A DNA stretch of 64,000 nt from Candidatus Yanofskybacteria bacterium RIFCSPHIGHO2_01_FULL_43_32 (GTDB lineage: Bacteria; Patescibacteriota; Minisyncoccia; 2-02-FULL-40-12; GWA2-44-9): positions 108,514 through 172,513 of the forward strand of contig MGJF01000002.1 in the NCBI GenBank assembly GCA_001794125.1, in the 5' to 3' direction. Both the position numbers and the translations under genes were made by a program. The notes below the pieces were generated by a model, which had not been told where the DNA came from, ran no database searches, and was given only the letters and a program-made list of their open reading frames with translations. Below are positions 46,497 through 55,841 of the stretch, piece after piece; the first letter of the stretch is position 1; each line of letters begins with the position of its first letter.

Positions 46497-47630
46497 ATGA
46501 GCTACAGAATCTTACTTCTCGGGGGCGGCAGCGGAGGGCACGTCTTTCCGCTGGTTGCCGTTGCCAACGCTTTGAAAGAAAAAACCCAGCAAACGGGGAT
46601 TCCTTTGGAGTTGATGGTTTTGGGAGAAGGTAAGTTCATGGAAGAAGCGGCAGTAGAAGCTGGATTGAATTTCAAACCTATTTTGGCCGGAAAACTAAGA
46701 AGATATTTCAGTCCGCTGACGATTCTGGATATTTTCAAAATGCCGGTCGGGTTTTTCCAGGCCTTATGGCACGTTTTCCGGTTTATGCCCGACATCGTCT
46801 TTGCCAAGGGCGGGTATGCGTCTTTGCCGGGCGCGTTGGCGGCGAAGCTTTATTTTATTCCTTTGCTTGCCCACGAGTCGGATTCTATTCCCGGTCTTGC
46901 CAATAGAATCTTAGGAAAATTGGCAAAGACGGTTTTTGTTTCCTTCAATTCAAGTCAGAAATACTTTAAGGCCGGCAAAACGGTTTTAACGGGAAACCCT
47001 GTCCGGAAAGAATTGCTGACAGGCGACAGAATGGCGGCCATGGCAAAATTTGGCCTGAATCCCGGCCTCAAGACCATATTGGTGATTGGAGGCAGCCAAG
47101 GCGCCCAAAAAATAAACCGGATAATTCTGGACTCGCTTGTGATGGTGGTCAAAGATTTTCAAGTATTGCACCAATGCGGCGAAAGTCAGTACCAGTCAAT
47201 AAAGACAGAAATTGAAAAATTAATCAAAGAAGGCGAGGGTGAATATGCCGATTCTCTGAAAAACAATTATAAGCTTTATCCTTTTTTCAGCGAGAAAGAA
47301 ATGGCAATGGTTTATGCCGCATCGGACATAATCATATCACGAGCCGGAGCCGGCTCTATCTTTGAGATTGCCATACTTGGGAAGCCCGCTATAATTATTC
47401 CCATAACAAATTCCAGTTCGGATCATCAGCTTGAAAATGCACTCGAATTCTCAAAATTCGGCGCAGCCATGATAGAAGAAGAGAATCTTACGCCCCATAT
47501 AATAATTAATCAGATTCAATCTATTCTTGAGCCCGATAAATATAATTCCATAGGTGAAAAATTAAAAACCTTTGCCACGCCTGATGCGGCGGATAAGATC
47601 GCCTCCGCATTGCTGGCTCCGCAAGTATAA
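46497..47630 (+). CDS. murG: Undecaprenyl-PP-MurNAc-pentapeptide GlcNAc transferase
   Basis: GGGSGGH, KGGY, GNPVR, GGSQGA, SRAGA, HQ..NA. Confidence 0.95.
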   Translation: MSYRILLLGGGSGGHVFPLVAVANALKEKTQQTGIPLELMVLGEGKFMEEAAVEAGLNFKPILAGKLRRYFSPLTILDIFKMPVGFFQALWHVFRFMPDIVFAKGGYASLPGALAAKLYFIPLLAHESDSIPGLANRILGKLAKTVFVSFNSSQKYFKAGKTVLTGNPVRKELLTGDRMAAMAKFGLNPGLKTILVIGGSQGAQKINRIILDSLVMVVKDFQVLHQCGESQYQSIKTEIEKLIKEGEGEYADSLKNNYKLYPFFSEKEMAMVYAASDIIISRAGAGSIFEIAILGKPAIIIPITNSSSDHQLENALEFSKFGAAMIEEENLTPHIIINQIQSILEPDKYNSIGEKLKTFATPDAADKIASALLAPQV

Positions 47631-47633
47631 AAC

Positions 47634-47798
47634 ATGCAAGTTCAATTAATAGTGGGTTTAGTCATAACCGGTTTGGTTGTCTTGTATGTCTACTTAAAAA
47701 AAACCGGCCGACATGAGGCGAATCTTCCGGCGGTTTCAGAAGATGTTAATCTGCCGGCAATAAAAAATGACATGGAAAACAACGGGCCACAACAATAA
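47634..47798 (+). CDS. Possible 54-aa single-TM protein, not in the ORF track
   Basis: MQVQLIVGLVITGLVVLYVYLKK...; starts 3 nt after the murG stop. Confidence 0.45.
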   Translation: MQVQLIVGLVITGLVVLYVYLKKTGRHEANLPAVSEDVNLPAIKNDMENNGPQQ

Positions 47799-48498
47799 TA
47801 AGAAGTATTTTGAGAATGTCGTGAAGCAGGGTGTTTTGTCGCACGCTTACCTTTTTTCCGGGCCGGAAGGAATAGGCAAGAAGATGTTTGCCTATGACAT
47901 ATTTCGCCTGGTAAATCAGCGGGAACCGGAGAGTGACCCTGATTTTAAATTGCTCACTCCTCGTTTGGAGGAAGAAGAGACCAAGATATATATTGAGGAT
48001 ATCCGCAAACTGAAATCATGTCTGTCCCTGAAGCCCTACGCTGGCCCATACAAATTCGTGGTTATAAATGATGCCGACCGGCTGGTACCGGAGGCCGCCA
48101 ACGCTTTTTTGAAAATGCTGGAGGAGCCTTCGCTTTTTACCGTCATTATTTTAATAAGCTCTAAGCCGAAATTAATTCTTCCGACAGTCTTGTCCAGATG
48201 CGAGAAAGTGCAATTTTTGCCTTTGAACGAAAGGGGGATTGATAAGGCAACCGCCAAAGCGGTAGATGAGTTTATGAATGTGGCAAGACAAGGAATAACC
48301 GAACGTATGCAATATGCCGAAAAATTATTTGCCGGGAAAGGTTATCAGGGTCTTGTCATCGGCCTGATACACACTCTCCGGGCACGGGAAAACCCAAACC
48401 ATAAAGTTTTAAAAAATCTTCTAAAGCTTAACTCTCTGCTCTCTCAGCCTCAATTCAACCACCGCCTGGCTCTGGAAAACTTTCTTATCAATCTATAA
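47767..48498 (+). CDS. holB: DNA polymerase III delta-prime subunit
   Basis: HAYLFSGP.GIGK, AANAFLK.LEEP, LPTV.SRC. Confidence 0.9.
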   Translation: MTWKTTGHNNNKKYFENVVKQGVLSHAYLFSGPEGIGKKMFAYDIFRLVNQREPESDPDFKLLTPRLEEEETKIYIEDIRKLKSCLSLKPYAGPYKFVVINDADRLVPEAANAFLKMLEEPSLFTVIILISSKPKLILPTVLSRCEKVQFLPLNERGIDKATAKAVDEFMNVARQGITERMQYAEKLFAGKGYQGLVIGLIHTLRARENPNHKVLKNLLKLNSLLSQPQFNHRLALENFLINL

Positions 48499-48525
48499 AG
48501 GTCTTTTTTGGTATTCAAACATAAC

Positions 48526-48590
48526 TTGATTATATTTGAATTGTGCTGTATAATATTGAACTGGTGGTCTTTGGCAATTGAATAAGAGGT
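48526..48590 (+). promoter_or_regulatory. Promoter, boxA-like motif and SD
   Basis: TTGATT-17-TATAAT; GGTCTTTGGCAAT (48566-48578); GAGGT. Confidence 0.7.
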
Positions 48591-48598
48591 AAGAAAAA

Positions 48599-50152
48599 AT
48601 GACGGGACTAATTTTTCAGGGAATCCTGATTGCGGCCCTCGCAGGTCTGGCTATCAAGTTTTTCCTGGACTACCAGAGAAATAATCTGGAAATTACGTGG
48701 GGAGAATACGGCCTTGGGCTTTTGGCAATCAGCTTCGTGTTGACTCCGCTGATAGTCTGGGCCGGCTGGTCGGTAGTAAGGTCGAGCAACCTTTCGTTCA
48801 ATGAGTACAGGAACGGTTGGGAACTGCAGGCTGTGGCCGAACCGGTTCAGTGTGCCCGTGACGGCCCTTGCTGGCACGAGTATGACTGCGACCCGTACAT
48901 CGTCATGGTTTCGTATCAGTGCAATTGTACGACGGATAAAGACGGACGCAGTTCGTGTAGTACGTGCTGGCGTCCGGAAACGCGTTATCACGATTGCCCG
49001 TATGTTACAGTAGAGACATCGTATTCCGTGCAGACGACTCTTGGCAGTTACACGATTGCCGAGCATCGGTTTCCGGAAAATCCGCAATCTCATCGGTGGC
49101 GGACTTCGAAAAACATTCCCCAGTATGTAATTGACAGAGTTGGCGTTAGTGAGCCGCAGTTTTGGAAAGCGGCTGACGTCAGAGTCCGGGCAGGAAAGCC
49201 CGGGCCTGTAACGGCGCGAGCCAGTTACGACAACTACATTTTGGCGAGTGATTCAACTATTCTGAACCAATATTCGGGAGAAGTTGAAAAGTTGCTTGCC
49301 GTGAAAATGTTGCCGGAGTTGTCTCACGGTTTGTATGATTACTACATGGCGAGGAAGGCCTACTCTGTCGGCCCGACGCTTCGTGTAGATACAGGAGCGT
49401 GGTCCGAAAAAGTGGCATACCTGAACGCGGCACTCGGTTCGGAACTTCAGGGAGATCTTCACGTTGTTCTGATTCATGATGCTGACCTCAGAAAGGTCGG
49501 CAGTAGTCCGGATGAATATGCCCTAACGCTAAAAGCCTACTGGCAGAATACGAAACACTTCCAGAAGGATGCTTTGAGTAAAAATACCATTGTCGTTGTT
49601 GTTGGAACAAAGGACGGTGAGTCTGTCAGTTGGGTCCGCGCGATGATCGGCATGCCGCTTGGCAACGAGCGGATGATTACCGAGATCCGAAACAGTCTTG
49701 TGGGTGTGCCGTTTTTGCCGGAGGCGGTTATCGGAGGCATCCGGGGCCATTTTGAAATCTATGGCCAGAAGGTAAAAAGCAGTCAGGAAGTGAACGGCCG
49801 TCTGGGCTCTATCATCTGGGGACGGGAATTGAAAGAAACCCGTTTCAGGCGAGTGAGCATGTCGTCCAAAGATCCTGACGATTTCGGGCAAGGCTTCAGA
49901 TACCTTGCCAATGAAATCCAACTCACATGGTTCCAGCATGGCATGATCCTTTTTCTGTCATTGCTGGGGTGCGGTGTCGTGTGGTACGCTGCTGCAGCGC
50001 ACGGCATTCGTGATCCGCGCAATCATTCCGGGCCATTCGATGTCAACCGCATCAAGAAGTGGTGGAAGTCCCAGTGGCGGGAGATGCGGGCCTGGATCCG
50101 TGTTCAGAAAACCAGCATCGCCGACAAGGTCGGCGGAAGGAGGACGGAATGA
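48599..50152 (+). CDS. Membrane protein with a Cys-rich extracytoplasmic segment
   Basis: Two N-terminal TM, eight Cys in CARDGPC...YDC...CNC...CSTC...HDC, one C-terminal TM. Confidence 0.75.
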   Translation: MTGLIFQGILIAALAGLAIKFFLDYQRNNLEITWGEYGLGLLAISFVLTPLIVWAGWSVVRSSNLSFNEYRNGWELQAVAEPVQCARDGPCWHEYDCDPYIVMVSYQCNCTTDKDGRSSCSTCWRPETRYHDCPYVTVETSYSVQTTLGSYTIAEHRFPENPQSHRWRTSKNIPQYVIDRVGVSEPQFWKAADVRVRAGKPGPVTARASYDNYILASDSTILNQYSGEVEKLLAVKMLPELSHGLYDYYMARKAYSVGPTLRVDTGAWSEKVAYLNAALGSELQGDLHVVLIHDADLRKVGSSPDEYALTLKAYWQNTKHFQKDALSKNTIVVVVGTKDGESVSWVRAMIGMPLGNERMITEIRNSLVGVPFLPEAVIGGIRGHFEIYGQKVKSSQEVNGRLGSIIWGRELKETRFRRVSMSSKDPDDFGQGFRYLANEIQLTWFQHGMILFLSLLGCGVVWYAAAAHGIRDPRNHSGPFDVNRIKKWWKSQWREMRAWIRVQKTSIADKVGGRRTE

Positions 50153-50814
50153 ACGGTCGACGAAGCAAGAGGGGTTCGGTGCCGGTTCTGCTCATCATCA
50201 CTGTTGTGGTGTTGGGCGGTCTGTTCGCCGGTGGCGTGTCGTTATACGGCTACGCTAACGGAGTCCGCAACAATCTGGTTAGTCAGGAGACGGCGCTCAA
50301 TGCGCAGTATCAAGACAACCAGAATGAGCTTGGGAACTATGAAGTCGCGTTCTACGAGCAGACAGGGCTGGCAAATCTTAAGTCGGAGAAGATGGATAAG
50401 ATCATCTCCGATGCGGTCAAGGGCCGGTATGAAGGGAAGGACGGCCAGCCCGTTGAACGCGGGCAAGGCGGAGCCTTCTTCTCCGCTATGGTCGAGGCTT
50501 ATCCTGATCTTCGCGGTCAGCTCGATGTTTATGACAAGATAATTTCATTCGTTGCCTCCGGGCGCGAGGCCTACAAAGCCAAGCAGTCCAAACAGCTTGA
50601 CATGCTCCGCGCGTACGAGAGTTACAGGCAGACCGGATGGGTCCGGAGCCTGTTTGTCAATTGGATCGGTTATCCGTCGCTTCGGGCCCAGATCGGACAG
50701 AAGGTCGTTCGTGGAACGGACGCCTTGTCTCAAATGGAACTGATTGTTACCACCGAGACGACAAATCAATCGTATGAGTCGGGCAAGATGAAGGCGCTCA
50801 CAGTTCCCGAGTAG
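50149..50814 (+). CDS. Single-TM helical protein, LemA-like
   Basis: AGGAGG SD, ATGA overlap, TM helix, EAYPDL motif; terminator at 50837-50867. Confidence 0.65.
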   Translation: MNGRRSKRGSVPVLLIITVVVLGGLFAGGVSLYGYANGVRNNLVSQETALNAQYQDNQNELGNYEVAFYEQTGLANLKSEKMDKIISDAVKGRYEGKDGQPVERGQGGAFFSAMVEAYPDLRGQLDVYDKIISFVASGREAYKAKQSKQLDMLRAYESYRQTGWVRSLFVNWIGYPSLRAQIGQKVVRGTDALSQMELIVTTETTNQSYESGKMKALTVPE

Positions 50815-50894
50815 GAATGATGGCCAGAAATGGTCTCGGGCCGCGGATTACGCGGCCCGTTTTTTTTATTAAAATTTTGTGATATATTATAAAA

Positions 50895-51449
50895 ATGTAT
50901 AAGGACCACATAAATCAGAGGAAAAAGGATTTTGATGCCGCGGTTGAACATGTCAGAGGCGAGATAGGAGCTATCAGGACCGGCCGGGCCCATGCTTCCA
51001 TGGTTGAAGATATTCAAGTTGATTATATGGATTCTAAATTCAGAATTAAAGAATTGGCAACTATTAATACTCCCGAACCGCGAATGATTCTTATCCAGCC
51101 ATGGGATAAGCAGGCCATACCCAATATTGTTAAAAGTATCAAAGAAAGTTCTTTAGGCTTAAATCCGATTGACGATGCCACCGGCATTAGATTGAATATC
51201 CCGCCGTTGACCGAGGAACGCAGATTGGAATTTATTAAATTGCTTCACCAAAAAATAGAGTGGGGCAAGGTCAGGGTAAGGCAGGTGCGGGAAGATGTCT
51301 TAAAAAAGGTCCAAGCCGAGGTCAAAGAGAAAAAAGCCAGGGAAGACGATCTGTTCAAAGCCAAAGAAGAACTTCAAAAAATAATAAATGATCTGAACCG
51401 TGTCTTTGACGACATGACAAAGAAGAAAGAACAAGAATTGATGTCGTGA
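50895..51449 (+). CDS. frr: Ribosome recycling factor
   Basis: IRTGRA, IQPWDK, LGLNP, PPLTEERR. Confidence 0.96.
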   Translation: MYKDHINQRKKDFDAAVEHVRGEIGAIRTGRAHASMVEDIQVDYMDSKFRIKELATINTPEPRMILIQPWDKQAIPNIVKSIKESSLGLNPIDDATGIRLNIPPLTEERRLEFIKLLHQKIEWGKVRVRQVREDVLKKVQAEVKEKKAREDDLFKAKEELQKIINDLNRVFDDMTKKKEQELMS

Positions 51450-51457
51450 TAAGTTCC

Positions 51458-51630
51458 GCCTTCATCCCAAATCACCGCTCAGGACACATGCCTTCCTCGA
51501 ACCGGAATAGATTTGCTCCGGCGGCAAATCTTTCTTGTCTCTCGGCATTATTTAAGAACCAAGCAAATAATGCCTCCGAGTCCTTCTCTGAAGGCACATG
51601 TCCTTCGCCTGATAAACTGGAATGAAGGTG
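51458..51630 (-). repeat. Structured repeat family 1, subtype A
   Basis: Match to 1932-2101. Confidence 0.85.
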
Positions 51631-51655
51631 CCGCTTTTTAAATTACACTTGCTAA

Positions 51656-52081
51656 ATGCAAAAAGTTCAAGCTAAATCTTATGGTGTTATACCAATTTTC
51701 AAGAATGAAGATGGTTTTTATGTTCTGCTTGTAAAAAACTCAAAGGGTGGTCATTGGGGCTTACCTAAAGGAACACCGGAAAAAGACGAAAAACCTATTG
51801 ATACCGCTACAAGAGAATTGTTTGAGGAAACTGGCATAAAGGACATTGAAATAAAAGCAGATATCTCTTTTGAAGAAAAATATGATTTTGAAAAAGACGG
51901 TATTCTTTATAACAAAACAAATACTTATTACCCCGGATTTGTAAGTGAAATGACAAAGGGTTCCCAATTAGATCAAATCGACGAATTAAAATGGGTAAAA
52001 ATAAACGAAGCTAAAAATACTATTATCCATTGGTCAGCTATTGATGTTGTCAATAAATTGTCTAGCTGGCTAAATCAATAA
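51656..52081 (+). CDS. NUDIX hydrolase (Ap4A-hydrolase-like)
   Basis: HWGLPKG..E..E....A.RELFEETG. Confidence 0.9.
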   Translation: MQKVQAKSYGVIPIFKNEDGFYVLLVKNSKGGHWGLPKGTPEKDEKPIDTATRELFEETGIKDIEIKADISFEEKYDFEKDGILYNKTNTYYPGFVSEMTKGSQLDQIDELKWVKINEAKNTIIHWSAIDVVNKLSSWLNQ

Positions 52082-52084
52082 AAA

Positions 52085-52140
52085 CATCGCCGGAAGCTGA
52101 GGACTATCGGTCGAGTCGGGGGTATGTGGCTGGGGCGATG
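52085..52140 (+). repeat. Truncated family 1 subtype E copy
   Basis: gactatcggtcgagtcgggggtatgtggctggg is shared with 40189-40221. Confidence 0.75.
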
Positions 52141-52177
52141 TTTTGAGTTTTCAGTTTTTAGTTATAGAATAACAACA

Positions 52178-53260
52178 ATGATTACCGCGATAATTTTTAT
52201 TATAGTTCTGGGGGTGCTGGTTTTTGTCCACGAGTTCGGGCATTTTATTTTTGCCAAAAAAGCCGGAATGAAAGTAGAAGAATTCGGGTTCGGATTCCCG
52301 CCCCGCATCTGGGGTATTAAAAAGGGCGAAACGCTCTACTCAATAAACGCGATTCCTTTCGGCGGATTCGTTAAAATTCTCGGGGAAGGAGGAGAAGAAG
52401 CAAATAATCCGAGAAGTTTTTCTTCCAAGCCGGCCGGCCCGCGGCTCAAGGTCATTGTCGCCGGTGTAACCATGAACTTCTTTTTAGCCGTTGTTCTTTT
52501 AATGGTTACCAACTTTTTTGGGTTAAGAATTGGGCTGATTGATGACAAGACCGCATCAATCGCCAAGAATAAAGCCGTCCAAATAATTGAAATTTCCAAA
52601 GAAAGCCCGGCGGATAAAGCAGGCCTGAAACTTCTTGACGAAGTCAGCGGATTTAAACTGAACGGTTCTTTCAGGGCCGTTTCTAATGCGGAGGATGTTC
52701 AATCTTTCATACGTGAAAATATCGGCCAGCCCATAACATTAGTAATTAAAAGAAACAAAGAAATACTGGAAAAAAGTATTGTTCCAAGACTTAATCCGCC
52801 GGCCGGTCAGGGGGCGCTTGGAGTTTCAATGGCTTTGACCGGCGTGGTTTCTTATCCGTGGTACGAGGCGGTCTGGAGAGGCGTGTATGATGCGGTTATA
52901 CTTACCATGAATGTGGTCATCGGATATTTTGTTTTATTTAAAACACTTTTGTTTAAGGGTAAATTGATTGCCGATGTTTCGGGGCCGATCGGAATAGCCA
53001 CTCTTACCGGCCAGGTCGCAAGAATGGGAATAAACTACCTCATGCAGTTCACGGCGATGATTTCCGTCAATTTGGCGGTTTTGAACATTATTCCCTTTCC
53101 GGCCTTGGACGGAGGCAGGGCTTTGCTTATAATTATAGAGAAGTTAAAGGGCTCGCCGGTTAACAAAAAAGCCGAACAGTTGGTAAACACCGTCGGCTTC
53201 GCGTTGTTGGTGGCCCTTATGGTTTACGTAACAGCTAAAGATATAACAAGATTCTTTTAA
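52178..53260 (+). CDS. rseP: RIP metalloprotease RseP (M50 with PDZ)
   Basis: HEFGH, PFGGFV, N..P.PALDGG. Confidence 0.93.
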   Translation: MITAIIFIIVLGVLVFVHEFGHFIFAKKAGMKVEEFGFGFPPRIWGIKKGETLYSINAIPFGGFVKILGEGGEEANNPRSFSSKPAGPRLKVIVAGVTMNFFLAVVLLMVTNFFGLRIGLIDDKTASIAKNKAVQIIEISKESPADKAGLKLLDEVSGFKLNGSFRAVSNAEDVQSFIRENIGQPITLVIKRNKEILEKSIVPRLNPPAGQGALGVSMALTGVVSYPWYEAVWRGVYDAVILTMNVVIGYFVLFKTLLFKGKLIADVSGPIGIATLTGQVARMGINYLMQFTAMISVNLAVLNIIPFPALDGGRALLIIIEKLKGSPVNKKAEQLVNTVGFALLVALMVYVTAKDITRFF

Positions 53261-54495
53261 TGAAACTTTCCAAATTATTCACAAAAACAGTTCGGGAGGC
53301 GCCGGCGGATGAGCCGTCAAAGAATGCCCAGCTTTTGATACGGGGCGGTTTTGTTTTCAAGAATTCCGCCGGAATATATTCTTTCCTGCCTCTCGGCTGG
53401 CGGGTTCTTGGTAAGATTGCCAATATTATCCGCGAAGAGATAAATGCCATCGGCGGACAGGAAATTTTTATGCCGGCGTTGGTGGAGAAAAAATATATGG
53501 AGCCAACCGGCCGGTGGAATCTTGACGTAGGATTTTTTGCAAAAGGCCTGAACGAAAAGGAATCAAATTATGTTTTGGGCTGGAGCCATGAGGAGGTTCT
53601 TACGGCCATCGCTTCCAAATTTATCAATTCCTATAAAGATCTGCCCTTTTCGGCTTATCAGATTCAAACCAAGTTTCGCCATGAACCGCGGGCTAAATCC
53701 GGCCTTTTGCGGGGCAGGGAATTTATGATGAAAGATCTGTATAGTTTTCATGCTTCCGAAGAAGATCTGGATGTTTATTATGAGGAGGCAAAGAATGCTT
53801 ATTTAAAGATTTTTGAGCGTTGCGGATTGAGGGCCGTCTATACTTTGGCTGCCGGAGGGGTTTTTACCGATAAGTTTACCCATGAATTTCAGGTCGTGTC
53901 GGATGTCGGCGAAGACACTATTTATATTTGCGACAAATGCGGGTATGCCGAGAATAAAGAGATTACCAAACTTAAAGACGGCGATAAATGTCCGAAATGC
54001 GACGGCAAAGTATCAGATAAAAAATCTATTGAAGTCGGAAACATATTTGATCAGGGGACTAAATACTCCGAAGCCCTTGGCTTGGAATTTACCGATGAGG
54101 CGGGAAATAAAAACCCTGTAATTATGGGGGCATACGGTATCGGTCTGGGAAGAGTGATGGGAACTGCGGTAGAAATACATAACGACGAGAAAGGAATTGT
54201 CTGGCCGGAAAACATCGCGCCCTACAAAGTTCATTTGGTTTCTCTTGAACAGAACGAAGAAGCGGATAAAATTTATGACGATTTAGAAAAATCAGGAGTA
54301 GAGGTTTTATATGATGACAGGGACGACAAAACCGCCGGAGAAAAATTTGCCGATGCCGATCTCATCGGCTGTCCGGTCAGAATTGTCGTAAGCAAGAAAA
54401 CTCTTGAAAAAAACAGTGTTGAACTCAAAAAAAGGAATGAAAAAGAGGCAAAATTAGTGCCTCTCGGTGAAATAAAGAACTACTTGACGGCCTGA
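53260..54495 (+). CDS. proS: Proline--tRNA ligase (short form)
   Basis: QTKFR.E.R...GLLRGREF.MKD.YSF, YGIG.GR, anticodon-binding domain. Confidence 0.95.
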   Translation: MKLSKLFTKTVREAPADEPSKNAQLLIRGGFVFKNSAGIYSFLPLGWRVLGKIANIIREEINAIGGQEIFMPALVEKKYMEPTGRWNLDVGFFAKGLNEKESNYVLGWSHEEVLTAIASKFINSYKDLPFSAYQIQTKFRHEPRAKSGLLRGREFMMKDLYSFHASEEDLDVYYEEAKNAYLKIFERCGLRAVYTLAAGGVFTDKFTHEFQVVSDVGEDTIYICDKCGYAENKEITKLKDGDKCPKCDGKVSDKKSIEVGNIFDQGTKYSEALGLEFTDEAGNKNPVIMGAYGIGLGRVMGTAVEIHNDEKGIVWPENIAPYKVHLVSLEQNEEADKIYDDLEKSGVEVLYDDRDDKTAGEKFADADLIGCPVRIVVSKKTLEKNSVELKKRNEKEAKLVPLGEIKNYLTA

Positions 54496-55706
54496 AAACC
54501 CCTCTCCAGTGAATAGGCGATATCGTCCATGTTTTCTATGCCTGCTGAAAAGCGGATTAAATTATCACTTATACCTTGGGCTAATCTTTCTTCTCTCGGC
54601 AAACTATAATGAGTTGAGAGAGCGGGGCAACAAATAAGAGTGTCCACACAACCCAAACTTACAGCAAGAGTGATTATTCCTTCTCCGTCTCTCTGGTCTT
54701 GGGCTAATTTGTTCAGGAAAGTTTTTGTTTTGGAACCGTCCGAATCATCCAGTTCAAAAGAGATCATCCCGCCAAATCCGGTCATAAGCCGTCTGGCGAC
54801 GTCATTATTGGGATGTTCGGATAATCCCGGGTAATAAACTTTTTGGACTAAAGGGCAGTTCTTTAAAAATCCGGCGGCTATGCCATGACCGTTTCTATTG
54901 TGTTTTTCCATGCGATCAGGAAGGGTTATCATATTCATTGCGATTCTCTGCGCGACTTCGGGTTCCATCATTCCGCCCGAACTATTGTACCGTTCCCGTA
55001 TATTTTCCATTATTTTTGAGGAAGTTATAATTGCTCCTCCGGTGGCATTTCCGAAACCGTTTATATATTTTGTTAAACTTTGGATTGAAATATCCGCTCT
55101 TTTCCTCAATGGTTTTTGATTATATGGACTGGCAAACGTATTATCCACCACGACCAGAATGTCATCCCTTCCGGCTTGTTCCAAGACAGTTTTGATTATT
55201 TCAAAATCGCATATATCTATCACCGGATTGCTTGGCGTCTCAAGAAATACCATTTTTGTGGCGGGCGTCAGTTCTTCAAGAAGGTTTGTTGGCTGGCGGG
55301 CATCTACAAATTTTGTTTCTATGCCAAATTTGTGAAGTTCTTTCAAAAATCTAACAGTACCCCCGTATAGGTTTCTATGGGCGATAACCTCATCTCCCAA
55401 TTCAAGCAAGCTTAATAGCGTAACTTTAATGGCGGTCATACCGGAGTCAAAAACTTGAGCAGCTTCCCCGTCTTCTAAAACACATAAGGAATCTTCCAGA
55501 AAACGATGATTGGGGCTGCTTATTCTGGAATAAGCGTCGTATTTGGCGGTTCCGGCGAAAATTTCCATTCCCTGCTCAACCGTATCAAATCTAAAAGTGC
55601 TTGTTTGATAAATTGGAAAAGCGTGCGATCTGGATTCAGAACCCCTGTTTCCTTGATGGCCATGAATTAGTTGACTCACATTGCTGAAGCGGTGTTTAAG
55701 GGCCAT
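54480..55706 (-). CDS. PLP-dependent Cys/Met metabolism enzyme (methionine gamma-lyase/cystathionine gamma-synthase family)
   Basis: PIYQTSTF, YSR, SGM.A, ETPSNP, DNTFASP, SLTKY, SLG. Confidence 0.92.
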   Translation of the reverse strand: MALKHRFSNVSQLIHGHQGNRGSESRSHAFPIYQTSTFRFDTVEQGMEIFAGTAKYDAYSRISSPNHRFLEDSLCVLEDGEAAQVFDSGMTAIKVTLLSLLELGDEVIAHRNLYGGTVRFLKELHKFGIETKFVDARQPTNLLEELTPATKMVFLETPSNPVIDICDFEIIKTVLEQAGRDDILVVVDNTFASPYNQKPLRKRADISIQSLTKYINGFGNATGGAIITSSKIMENIRERYNSSGGMMEPEVAQRIAMNMITLPDRMEKHNRNGHGIAAGFLKNCPLVQKVYYPGLSEHPNNDVARRLMTGFGGMISFELDDSDGSKTKTFLNKLAQDQRDGEGIITLAVSLGCVDTLICCPALSTHYSLPREERLAQGISDNLIRFSAGIENMDDIAYSLERGFQAVK

Positions 55707-55710
55707 TTAA

Positions 55711-55767
55711 GCTCCATTTTCAAAGTTCGTCAGTTAATAGAATACTGATAAATTGGTAAATAGTCAA
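55711..55767 (-). promoter_or_regulatory. Promoter, boxA-like motif and SD
   Basis: TTGACT-17-TATTCT; GAACTTTGAAAAT (55728-55716); GGAG. Confidence 0.6.
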
Positions 55768-55841
55768 TCTGGCTTATTTCCCGAATTATTTTTTTTGATT
55801 GTTTATAAAGTTTTTGATATGGTAAACTATCGTTGTAATTT

